Positions 9,794-18,628 of a stretch of DNA of 64,000 nt are shown piece after piece; positions within the stretch are counted from its first letter, which is position 1; the number at the start of each line of letters is the position of its first letter. A program made the position numbers and the translations under genes. The stretch is from an uncultured Muribaculaceae bacterium. GTDB lineage: Bacteria > Bacillota_I > Bacilli_A > RF39 > UBA660. Where the stretch lies: NCBI GenBank assembly GCA_964369845.1, contig CAYJFJ010000002.1, positions 8,242 through 72,241 of the forward strand. Reading direction: 5' to 3'. Below the pieces are notes generated by a model. That model was not told where the DNA came from, searched no databases, and saw only the letters and a program-made list of their open reading frames with translations.

Positions 9794-11848
9794 TTACTCT
9801 TTAAGTGAACCATCAGATGCAAATGAATATGTTTGAATTAACTTTTTATCACTATCATAAAATTTAATTTCAAAACCATTTGTTTCGTTATCAACAAATT
9901 CATAATTTGATGAAGCCATCTGTATTTGTGCTACTAATATACTTTCTTTTCCAGCAGTATATTTAAATACATCTAATTTATTATCTGCAGTTTCAGCTAA
10001 AAATTTATCTTTTCCTAAAATTATATCTTCAAAAGGATTAGATATAATACTTCCACTTGCATCATATATTAAGTATTTTTCTTCTGAATTTTTTACCTTA
10101 ATATAACTTCCTTCATAATCTAATATTTCACTAGTTATACTTACATTTTCATTTGTAATTCTTTCTCCAAATTCATCAAATAAATGATAATCACCACTTG
10201 ATGTTTTTGCTACAAAGCCATCCTCTATTATTTCTATTTCACTAAATTCAAATGGTATCATTCCACTAAGTCCAGTTGTACCAAGTTTTACTATTCCAAA
10301 CTTACCGTTAGTATTAGATGCCATTATCATTAAATTTGCAGCGTCTGCGGCTACAACATTTCCAGTTGCATTATAATAACCTACATCTACACTTTTATAT
10401 GTAACTATTTTTTTATTTGTTTCTAAATCATACAGTTTAATGCTTGAGTCTTCAACACTTTCTCTATCCATTATAAACACATATCTAGAGTTATAAATTG
10501 GAATAAACCCTAGTGTATCTTTTGAGTTAACTCTATTTAAATCTTTAGATTCTGTTGCTATAAAACAGTTATCATATGTGCTTTCACTTGATGTTACAAC
10601 ATTTTTGTAAGTACACTCTATTTTAATATCTAAAACTGTTTTTTCTGCATCTTCATAAAAATATAAATATCCATCAAAATATGATACAAATGCATATTTA
10701 TTATTAATTATTCCTTCATAAATATTTATTTCATATATTTTTTCATCTACTGTTAATTCTAATACTTCATCTTTTAAAGCTACTTCTAGAGGTAATAATT
10801 CACTTTGTTTAGCATAGTTATTATCAAAAACTGACACTTCTGTTAAATCACTAGTAAATACTATTCCATCTTCATTTAATTTATTTCCATCTTTATCAAA
10901 AATATACAATTCATCAGATTCTACTAAAAATGCATAATTATTTAATATAGTTCCATCATCATAAGTTTTATCTAATAAACTTTCTGCTTTATAATTATAT
11001 AAACTAAATTCATCATCTGTTTTAGTAATAATTATAGTATCATTATATGAATAAACATCTGATGGTAATTTCGAAACTATTTTAGCTCCTGTTTCATCTA
11101 GTAAACCATTATCACTATCTATTTTATAAGCAATATTTTTATATAAGTCATTTACTCCTAAAAAGTCATATGTGAAATCTACTAAATTTGATGATTCTTC
11201 ACCCTCAAAAGATAAAATACCATATTTACCTTCTAAATTTTTAGCAATAACTTTATTGTCTTGATACCTTTTTATTTCAGAGAATTTCCCTACTTCAGAC
11301 TCATTTACTAAATCATATACTATTAACTCTTCTTCTTCACTATCTTTGATAACAACGTATCTTTCGTTAAAAATTGGAATATCAAAACTTAAAACTTCAT
11401 TTTCTTCATTCATGTAATTATTTACATCTAAACTTAAGTCCTGTGTATATGAACCTGTCATACATATATCTGTATCTTTATTGATGCATTCATACTTTCC
11501 TATTTCTAAATCGTTTTTATCTAAAAATATTAATACTCCATTTTCATATCTGTAATTGTTTTTTTCAAGTATAACATCAGGCTCTTTAGTTTCTTCTTCT
11601 TTTTCTTCCTCTTTATTAAATACGAATAAAAATAAAACTACTGCCACAATAGCAAGAAATATTACTCCTGCTACAGCACATAAAATAATTTTACCTTTTT
11701 TACTTAATTTTTTTAAACTAAATTTTTTCTTTTTTTTAGGTAAAACTTTTTCCATTACTTCTTCATCAATTACATCATCTGTTTCACTAGAAAATTCAAT
11801 TACTTCTTCAGTTTCTAATTCATTTTCTTCTTTTATATCATCTAACAT
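9794..11848 (-). CDS. Membrane-anchored repeat protein (acidic cytoplasmic tail, TM, WG-repeat-like beta-rich ectodomain)
   Basis: Acidic N-terminus, Lys run, TM (IILCAVAGVIFLAIVAVVLFLFVF). Two copies of the Cys-pair/..RYV(V/F)I.D....I.(V/L)YDL module, and GKYGILSF / GKFGIVKLG motifs typical of WG-containing repeats. Confidence 0.5.
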   Translation of the reverse strand: MLDDIKEENELETEEVIEFSSETDDVIDEEVMEKVLPKKKKKFSLKKLSKKGKIILCAVAGVIFLAIVAVVLFLFVFNKEEEKEEETKEPDVILEKNNYRYENGVLIFLDKNDLEIGKYECINKDTDICMTGSYTQDLSLDVNNYMNEENEVLSFDIPIFNERYVVIKDSEEEELIVYDLVNESEVGKFSEIKRYQDNKVIAKNLEGKYGILSFEGEESSNLVDFTYDFLGVNDLYKNIAYKIDSDNGLLDETGAKIVSKLPSDVYSYNDTIIITKTDDEFSLYNYKAESLLDKTYDDGTILNNYAFLVESDELYIFDKDGNKLNEDGIVFTSDLTEVSVFDNNYAKQSELLPLEVALKDEVLELTVDEKIYEINIYEGIINNKYAFVSYFDGYLYFYEDAEKTVLDIKIECTYKNVVTSSESTYDNCFIATESKDLNRVNSKDTLGFIPIYNSRYVFIMDRESVEDSSIKLYDLETNKKIVTYKSVDVGYYNATGNVVAADAANLMIMASNTNGKFGIVKLGTTGLSGMIPFEFSEIEIIEDGFVAKTSSGDYHLFDEFGERITNENVSITSEILDYEGSYIKVKNSEEKYLIYDASGSIISNPFEDIILGKDKFLAETADNKLDVFKYTAGKESILVAQIQMASSNYEFVDNETNGFEIKFYDSDKKLIQTYSFASDGSLKE

Positions 11849-11984
11849 ACTTTAACCTCTCTATCATATTAATAATATCATAAAAAAAATAAATTTAAAA
11901 TACAATTATTAGTTAATTGACATAATTATAAGTCAAATATTTATTTTTTCAAAAGAAAAAACTAACTAAACGTTAGCCTTATTA

Positions 11985-13394
11985 TTACATTACTTCAATT
12001 TTCATGAAATCAGTATTAATTGTTTCATCTTTATTATCTACACTACCTGTAATGATAATTGTATTTTTTTCTTCAAGATTAACAAATTTTTTTGCTTTTT
12101 TCTTACTATCTGCAATTAATTCATCTACACTTTTGTAGTCTTCTGCAACAACTGGATAAATACCATAGTTTAGAGCAAGTTTACTTTTCGCTTCTTCACT
12201 ATCAACAATTGTTAATACTGGACACACTGGTTTTAAGTTACTAATCATTTTAGCAAATGTTCCAGCTTTTGAAGATGAAACTATAACTTTTGAATCTAAT
12301 ATGTTAGCAGACTCTACAATACTTGTCGCAAGAGCTGATGTAAGTACATTTTTAGTTAAATCTTTTTCTCTTACAGAATAATCGTATTTTCCTTCAGCAT
12401 GAGCACATACGTTAGCCATGTGAGTTACAGTTTCTACTGGATATTTACCAGTAGTAGTTTCTCCTGATAACATTACTGCATCAGTTCCATCAAGTACAGC
12501 TTGAGTAATATCTGCAATTTCTGCTCTTGTTGGTCTAATATTTTTCTTCATTGATTCTAACATTTCAGTAGCAACAATAGCAATTTTACCTTGTTCTCTA
12601 CATTTTTGAATCATTGTTTTTTGAGCAAATGGAAGTTCATACATAGGTATTTCAACACCTAAATCTCCACGAGCAACCATAAATCCGTCACACTCTTCTA
12701 AGATTTCATCTAAGTTATCCATACCAGTTTGACTTTCAATTTTAGCAATTAATTTTATTCCTTCACAATTATTTTCTTTAAATAATGCTTTAACATCTAA
12801 CACATCTTGTCTAGTAGATACAAACGATAACGCTAAATAATCTCCTTCATGCGTAGCTGCAAATAATAAGTCTTCTCTATCTACTTCTGAGATAAATGGA
12901 ATATCAAGTTTTACTCCTGGAACACTCATAGATTTTTTATTACCTAAAACTCCACCACTTATAATTATGCATGTCACTCCATCTTCTTCGGTAGATTCTA
13001 CTTCAAGAGTCATAAGTCCATTTTCTAAAAGTACAATTGTTCCAACTTTTAGTGAATCAAGTGCTTTTGGATGATTAACAGAAAAAGCTTCTTCTGTTCC
13101 TAAAATATTTTCTTTAACAAGTCTTACTTTGTTTCCAGCAACTAAAGTAATTTCTCCTTTTTCAAGCATACCACTTCTAAATTCAGGCCCTTTAGTGTCA
13201 TATAAAACACCAACATTTTTCTTAGTTATTTTTCTAACTTCTTTAACAGAATCTAATACTGTTTTTCTTTCTTCCATAGTCGCGTGAGAGAAGTTAATTC
13301 TAGCTACATTCATCCCCGCTTCAACCATTTTACTCATCACTTCAACTGATGAACTAGCTGGTCCAATACTACATATAATTTTTGTTTTCTTCAT
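11985..13394 (-). CDS. pyk: Pyruvate kinase
   Basis: MKKTKIICSIGPAS.., GMNVARINFSH and MVARGDLGVEIP motifs. I prefer the ATG at 13394 (RBS GAAAGGA 7 nt upstream) over the track start at 13427. Confidence 0.93.
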   Translation of the reverse strand: MKKTKIICSIGPASSSVEVMSKMVEAGMNVARINFSHATMEERKTVLDSVKEVRKITKKNVGVLYDTKGPEFRSGMLEKGEITLVAGNKVRLVKENILGTEEAFSVNHPKALDSLKVGTIVLLENGLMTLEVESTEEDGVTCIIISGGVLGNKKSMSVPGVKLDIPFISEVDREDLLFAATHEGDYLALSFVSTRQDVLDVKALFKENNCEGIKLIAKIESQTGMDNLDEILEECDGFMVARGDLGVEIPMYELPFAQKTMIQKCREQGKIAIVATEMLESMKKNIRPTRAEIADITQAVLDGTDAVMLSGETTTGKYPVETVTHMANVCAHAEGKYDYSVREKDLTKNVLTSALATSIVESANILDSKVIVSSSKAGTFAKMISNLKPVCPVLTIVDSEEAKSKLALNYGIYPVVAEDYKSVDELIADSKKKAKKFVNLEEKNTIIITGSVDNKDETINTDFMKIEVM

Positions 13395-13488
13395 ATTTAT
13401 CCTTTCAACATAATTTAATTTTAACATACATAATTTTCAAATACAAGAAATCACTAGTATTTATCACAAAAAATTCATAAACTTTAAT

Positions 13489-13839
13489 ATGGAAAACGAA
13501 GAATTTAAAAATTTTATTAATCAAGACTATAAATCTATTGCCAGTTGGCTTTTTTCACTTAGTCCATACGAATTTACTTTACTTTCAACTGCTACTGGTT
13601 ATTTACTTACACCAAACCTATCTATTAACGAACTAAATTCTTTAGGTAATTTTTTGATTTTAATTGGTCAAATTATGCTTACTGTTAATGCTCAGGCTAT
13701 TACAAAACTCCAAAACCCTAAAAAGTTTTCAGATTTCAAACCTTATATGCAAAAAGATAATATAATAGATGAAGTAACTTATTTAAAAGAAGAAGTATAC
13801 AAAATTATTAAAGAAAACTATGGAAATGATAAAGCATAA
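13489..13839 (+). CDS. Small hypothetical membrane protein
   Basis: 116-aa ORF with two hydrophobic segments (WLFSLSPYEFTLLSTATGYLL; LGNFLILIGQIMLTV). One of only four plus-strand genes. Confidence 0.4.
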   Translation: MENEEFKNFINQDYKSIASWLFSLSPYEFTLLSTATGYLLTPNLSINELNSLGNFLILIGQIMLTVNAQAITKLQNPKKFSDFKPYMQKDNIIDEVTYLKEEVYKIIKENYGNDKA

Positions 13840-13842
13840 AAA

Positions 13843-13863
13843 AAATGCAACTAATTTGCATTT
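13843..13863. terminator. Possible bidirectional terminator between convergent genes
   Basis: AAATGCA-(7 nt)-TGCATTT hairpin flanked by an A-run and a T-run. The stem is weak and AT-rich. Confidence 0.35.
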
Positions 13864-14251
13864 ATTTATTTGGTTTCATCATGTGTTTGTAAACATTTTT
13901 TAAATTCACTTTTTTAGAGTCATTCATTTTAATAAAATTAATTTGAAGTGGATATCCACTATCAAGTGACATTAATACTTCTACTTTATTAAAACCATAA
14001 CCTATTGCACTTGTTGATATAGATTTATATGGAATAATATGTATTTTTTTAAGTGTAGATAATGGATTTTTATCAAATAAAATCATTCTGTTATCAGTAA
14101 ATACTGCATAATCCATACTATTTTTATAAGCCATCAATACTTCTTCAGATTCATCAACATAATCTACTACATACTTAGGTAAATCTTCTACCGGTATCTC
14201 CCTTTCAAAATTAAAATATTTTGTTAACTCTTTATATTTAATATATGCCAT
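13862..14251 (-). CDS. Bacterial PH-domain (YokE-like) protein
   Basis: MAYIKYKELTKYF...EEVLMAYKNSMDYAVFTDNRMILFDK...IPYKSI pattern. Start moved to the ATG at 14251 (RBS AGGAGA 8 nt upstream); the track start at 14308 adds a hydrophobic junk extension. Confidence 0.55.
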   Translation of the reverse strand: MAYIKYKELTKYFNFEREIPVEDLPKYVVDYVDESEEVLMAYKNSMDYAVFTDNRMILFDKNPLSTLKKIHIIPYKSISTSAIGYGFNKVEVLMSLDSGYPLQINFIKMNDSKKVNLKNVYKHMMKPNK

Positions 14252-14323
14252 AAATAATTCTCCTAAAAAAATTATAACAAAAAAAATACAAACATTCAAG
14301 GTTTGCATTTTTATATTGTTTTT

Positions 14324-15847
14324 TTACATTGATAAAGTATATGGATCAGACTCTGTTCCTGTTCCACCAGTTATTTTAATTTCTTCTTTCAAGTACAAAC
14401 TTGGTTTTATAGAAAAAGTTATACCAGCATCTATTCCAAATGCAGAACCGTCATTATATATACTGTATACGAAAGCATCAGACTGCGTCCTTGAATTAAT
14501 AGAAGGTTGTGGATTTTCTAATTCTTTACTATTCATCCAGCTAATTTGTCCATAATGAAACATCGTATAATTCCAGTAAGTTTGTGGTGCAGAATATCCA
14601 TAATCACTAATATAAATTAATCCAACACTGGCAACATAAGTTAGGTTAGCACCTGGCGATGCAGAAGCTGTACTTCCTCTTTCACTAGCATATGCCTCTG
14701 GAGCATTATCCTCATCTACTGCACCAAGATACCAAGTAACCTCTTGGATCATATTACTAGACTCAAAATTTAAACCAGTTGCTGTAAAATCACAACTTGA
14801 TGCTTGATATCCATAGTAATCTACATTACCACAATGTGCTAAATTATTAGGAGCTTCAGTACTATTATAATAATAACCGTTTAACAGTTGATTGAGTTCG
14901 GCACCTCCTTCGCTGTCTGACCATGAATTATAACCATAAGTTCCGTTAACCTCATCAGTATCGAACATATAGTCCCCTATTGGTTCTTCTTTAATTATTT
15001 TTATTAAATTTGTATCTGTTATTCCATGGGAAGCATCATCAAATACCCCGATTATCCTCCACATTTCTTCATTAAATATTACATAGTTATCTGGGGTCAA
15101 ACCTGTATATCTATATTCTGCATTGTTTGTATAATATAAATCATTAGTTCCGTCTACACCTCCATGTAAATCTATTACTGTGTCCGCGCCTGATTTCCTT
15201 TTTTCTTCTTGCAATATGAAATTCGAAACTAGTGTTTTTCCTTCATTTAATGCTTGACTAGTTACTAAATTAACAAATGTTACTTTTATAGTCCAGTTTT
15301 CTGTTGTTCCAGTTGTAGAGTTCGTTGTTGATATTGCTTCATCTTCTTTGATTTTTATTAATCCTTTAAAAGTTGTTATATCAAAACCTACTATAGACTC
15401 ACCAGTTGATGCATCTATTACTGTTTTATAACTAAGTCCATCAATAGACGTTACATTATTTCCATTTGGATCTGTTACCGTTAAAATAAGCTCTGGAGTA
15501 CTTTCATTTACTGTATAAATAAAGTCATTTGCAGTTATATCAAGATATACTTGATAAACTCCAGATGCACTTCCTTTAGATGAATTTGCTATAAGTGTTG
15601 CACTTGATGTTGACTCACTACTTACCGAGCCATCGCCATCACCAAAATTTTCTTGATTTGCATTTATACTAAGTGGATCACCTGGCGTGAAAATTAATTT
15701 TTCTGAGACTTCAGTTCCTACATTTACACTTGTATTAGCTGGTGATGATGACTGCGCTGCAAAGTATGCAAATGATACTGCTATTACAGTTATACTTACT
15801 GTTACTAAAATAAGTAAGTACATATTTTTTTTGTTTGTTTTTGTCAT
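14324..15847 (-). CDS. Secreted modular protein: SipW-type signal peptide + TasA/camelysin-like N-domain (paralog of 1469..2947) + different Cys/Trp/Tyr-rich C-terminal domain
   Basis: The first ~217 aa are ~70% identical by eye to 1469..2947 (VSFAYFAAQSSSPANTSVNVGTEV...NEGKTLVSNFILQ). The C-terminus contains PDNYVIFNEEMWRIIGVFDD and several Cys. Confidence 0.6.
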   Translation of the reverse strand: MTKTNKKNMYLLILVTVSITVIAVSFAYFAAQSSSPANTSVNVGTEVSEKLIFTPGDPLSINANQENFGDGDGSVSSESTSSATLIANSSKGSASGVYQVYLDITANDFIYTVNESTPELILTVTDPNGNNVTSIDGLSYKTVIDASTGESIVGFDITTFKGLIKIKEDEAISTTNSTTGTTENWTIKVTFVNLVTSQALNEGKTLVSNFILQEEKRKSGADTVIDLHGGVDGTNDLYYTNNAEYRYTGLTPDNYVIFNEEMWRIIGVFDDASHGITDTNLIKIIKEEPIGDYMFDTDEVNGTYGYNSWSDSEGGAELNQLLNGYYYNSTEAPNNLAHCGNVDYYGYQASSCDFTATGLNFESSNMIQEVTWYLGAVDEDNAPEAYASERGSTASASPGANLTYVASVGLIYISDYGYSAPQTYWNYTMFHYGQISWMNSKELENPQPSINSRTQSDAFVYSIYNDGSAFGIDAGITFSIKPSLYLKEEIKITGGTGTESDPYTLSM

Positions 15848-15916
15848 AAATACCCTACTTTCATCTAGAGTATATCAATTTTAAAAATTCGTTTCAATAA
15901 AAAAGCAAAATAATTT

Positions 15917-16585
15917 TTACTTTACTTTTTCCTTTACAATATTCATTATTTTTTCTATAACTTCTTCGACTGAAATATCACTTGAATCTATGTATTCAGC
16001 ATCATCAGTTATTACAAGTGGTGAGTGCTCTCTATTTAAATCAAGTAAACTTCTTTCTACAATATTTTCATAAATTTCTTCATAAGTACAAGTTATACCC
16101 ATTTCAACATTTTGTTCATATCTTCTTCTAGCTCTTACTTCTAGTGAAGCATCTAAAAATATTTTTACATTAGCATTAGGAAATACTTTTGTACATATAT
16201 CTCTTCCTTCAATAACTATGTCTGTATTTTCAGTTATTTTACGTTCTATAATTAAAACTTCTTCTCTTAAAAATTGCAGTGATGCAAATAGTGGTACTGC
16301 CTCATCTACTTTTGAAGTTCTAATTTCTTTTGATACATTTTCATCATCTAAATATGCATCAAAAATACTTTCATTACATATAAGATTAATTTTAATACTT
16401 TTTAAAACTTCTTTAATTTTACTTTCTTCTTCTGGACTTATTTTCTCTCTTAATAATTTAAGAGTTATTACTCTATAAATAGCCCCTGTATCAATATAAG
16501 TATATCCTAATTTTTCAGCTATAATCTTAGCTACTGTTCCTTTTCCCGCTCCTGCTGGGCCATCAATTGCAATAATATTCGTCAT
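15917..16585 (-). CDS. cmk: Cytidylate kinase
   Basis: IAIDGPAGAGKGTVAK P-loop with typical Cmk length and layout. Confidence 0.9.
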   Translation of the reverse strand: MTNIIAIDGPAGAGKGTVAKIIAEKLGYTYIDTGAIYRVITLKLLREKISPEEESKIKEVLKSIKINLICNESIFDAYLDDENVSKEIRTSKVDEAVPLFASLQFLREEVLIIERKITENTDIVIEGRDICTKVFPNANVKIFLDASLEVRARRRYEQNVEMGITCTYEEIYENIVERSLLDLNREHSPLVITDDAEYIDSSDISVEEVIEKIMNIVKEKVK

Positions 16586-16656
16586 TCTTCCTCCATTATA
16601 ATTATCTATGAAAATTAATTCTTAGTCAATAAAAAAGACAAAACTTTACGTTTTAT

Positions 16657-18141
16657 CTATTTTTCAATTGAATTTGTTGGTTTCATTAACGGAAACATAA
16701 CACATTCTCTAATTGGTCTATCCATAAGCATTGAGAAGAATCTTTCAGAAAATCCAAATCCAAATGCTGGTGGCATTCCATATTCTAAAGCTTCAATAAA
16801 TTCAGCATCATGTGCATGAGCTTCTTCGTCTCCTGCTTCTGCCATAACTCTTTGTTCTTGGAATCTTGCTTCTAAATCATCAGCATCATTAAGTTCATTA
16901 TAACCGTTACCCATTTCAGATCCTGCTAGTATGATTTGGAACTGAGCAACTTTTCTTGGGTCTTCTTTTAATCTTTTTGGAAGTGGATTAAGTTCTACTG
17001 GTTGCCCTACTAAGAATCCAGGTCCACCTAAAGTTTTTCTTACTACTTTCCATAAAACATCAACTAATCTCCAGTATGGTGCATTTTTATCATATTCAAC
17101 TTCAGCTTTATCTAAAGCAGTCGTAATATCTTCTTTAGTAGAGTTATATATATCTACTCCTGTTCCTTTTTTTACAACAGTTTCAAAATCATATATTTCC
17201 CACTCTTGATCTACATCAATAGTGAAACCTTTTGAAGTAAATATAGACGTTCCTAAAACATTTTTAATTACTCTTCTGTACATTTCTTTAACAAAATCCA
17301 TTCCCATTTTGTAATCCGCATATGCCCAGTAAAATTCCATTTGTGTATAATCTTGTAAATGTTCAGGACTCATTCCTTCATTTCTAAATTGTCTGCCTAT
17401 TTCAAATGTTTTTTCATAACCAGCTACTAGTAATTTTTTTTGCCATAACTCTCCCATAGAAATTCTTAAAAACACATCTAAGTCAAGTGCATTGTGGTGA
17501 GTTGAAAATGGTGTAGCAGCAGCTCCTCCTGCACTATTTTCTAGTATTGGAGTTTCTACTTCTAAAAAGTCATTTTCTAGTAAATAATTTCTAATTGTAG
17601 ACCAAAAGATTTGTTTTTTTCTAAATAAATCCATTACTTCTGGGTCTGTAATCATATCTAAATATCTTTTTCTAAGTTTAATTTCTGAATCTGCAAGTCC
17701 ATGATATTTATCAGGCAGTGGTTTTAATGCTTTTACTAAATGAGTAAATTTAACTGTTTTAATAGTTAATTCTCCCATCATAGTTTTCATAATTATTCCT
17801 TCTATACCAACAATATCACCTAAGTCAGCTTGCTCAAAAAGTTCAAAATCTTCCTCACTTACTAAATCAGATTTAATATATATTTGTATTTGTCCAAATT
17901 TATCTTGAAGATGGAAAAAACCAGCTTTTCCTTTTCCTCTTTTAGTCATAATACGACCAGCAACTTTAACAGTTACTACATTTTCGTGTAACTCTTCCTT
18001 TGTCTTTAGTTCATAATTGTCCTTTATTTCTTTGGAATTAGTAGTCGTTTCATATTTTGAACCAAACGGGTCAATACCTTTATCTACTAATTTTGTTAGC
18101 TTTTCTCTTCTAACTAATTCTTGTTCGTTAAATTCTCTCAT
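16657..18141 (-). CDS. lysS: Lysyl-tRNA synthetase, class II
   Basis: 494 aa with an OB-fold N-domain (VAGRIMTKRGKGKAGFFHLQD) and class II motifs (FRNEGMS, GGLGIGIDR-like GFGFSERF). Confidence 0.93.
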   Translation of the reverse strand: MREFNEQELVRREKLTKLVDKGIDPFGSKYETTTNSKEIKDNYELKTKEELHENVVTVKVAGRIMTKRGKGKAGFFHLQDKFGQIQIYIKSDLVSEEDFELFEQADLGDIVGIEGIIMKTMMGELTIKTVKFTHLVKALKPLPDKYHGLADSEIKLRKRYLDMITDPEVMDLFRKKQIFWSTIRNYLLENDFLEVETPILENSAGGAAATPFSTHHNALDLDVFLRISMGELWQKKLLVAGYEKTFEIGRQFRNEGMSPEHLQDYTQMEFYWAYADYKMGMDFVKEMYRRVIKNVLGTSIFTSKGFTIDVDQEWEIYDFETVVKKGTGVDIYNSTKEDITTALDKAEVEYDKNAPYWRLVDVLWKVVRKTLGGPGFLVGQPVELNPLPKRLKEDPRKVAQFQIILAGSEMGNGYNELNDADDLEARFQEQRVMAEAGDEEAHAHDAEFIEALEYGMPPAFGFGFSERFFSMLMDRPIRECVMFPLMKPTNSIEK

Positions 18142-18207
18142 TTGTTTTTCCTTTCTTTAAATAAACAATAAATAAACTAATTTAATTTATTTCTTATATA
18201 TTTTATC

Positions 18208-18245
18208 AAAAAAAAGCAAATATTACTAGTAATTTTGCTTTTTTT
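18208..18245 (-). terminator. Strong hairpin terminator after the ArsR-family gene
   Basis: AAAAAAAAGCAAATATTACT/AGTAATTTTGCTTTTTTT: a long near-perfect hairpin flanked by A8 and T7. It overlaps the stop codon at 18244-18246. Confidence 0.75.
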
Positions 18246-18555
18246 AGAAGAATGAATCAAATTCATCTTCTGATACATGTTCTTCTATGTCAAAGTGCAC
18301 TAGAAATAACTTTATCTTCTTTAGTAATTCATAATTTATTTGATAATAATTATAAAGACCTTCTTTTCTTACACTTATAAGATTCACTTCACACAATAAT
18401 TTCATGTGATACGCAAGTGTTGGTTGCGAAATTTTAAAATGTTTCAAAATATCATTTGCACAAATTTCATTTTCACTTGTGATTATAGCTAATATTTTTA
18501 ATCTATTTGAATCAGATAATACCTTAAATATTTCTGAATAACTATCAAAATTCAT
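18244..18555 (-). CDS. ArsR/SmtB-family transcriptional regulator
   Basis: FKVLSDSNRLKILAII...ICANDILKHFKISQPTLAYHMKLL winged HTH. Start placed at the ATG at 18555, directly after RBS AGGAGG. Confidence 0.8.
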   Translation of the reverse strand: MNFDSYSEIFKVLSDSNRLKILAIITSENEICANDILKHFKISQPTLAYHMKLLCEVNLISVRKEGLYNYYQINYELLKKIKLFLVHFDIEEHVSEDEFDSFF

Positions 18556-18576
18556 TAATCCTCCTGCTAACAAAAT

Positions 18577-18619
18577 TAGCTAGCTAGAACATTATATTTT
18601 ATTTTCAAGTTCAAGTCAA
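18577..18619 (-). promoter_or_regulatory. Consensus sigma-A promoter plus 10-bp palindrome (candidate ArsR operator)
   Basis: Minus-sense TTGACT (18619-18614), 17 nt, TATAAT (18596-18591), then palindrome TAGCTAGCTA (18586-18577) between the -10 and the RBS. Confidence 0.65.
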
Positions 18620-18628
18620 GAATATTTA

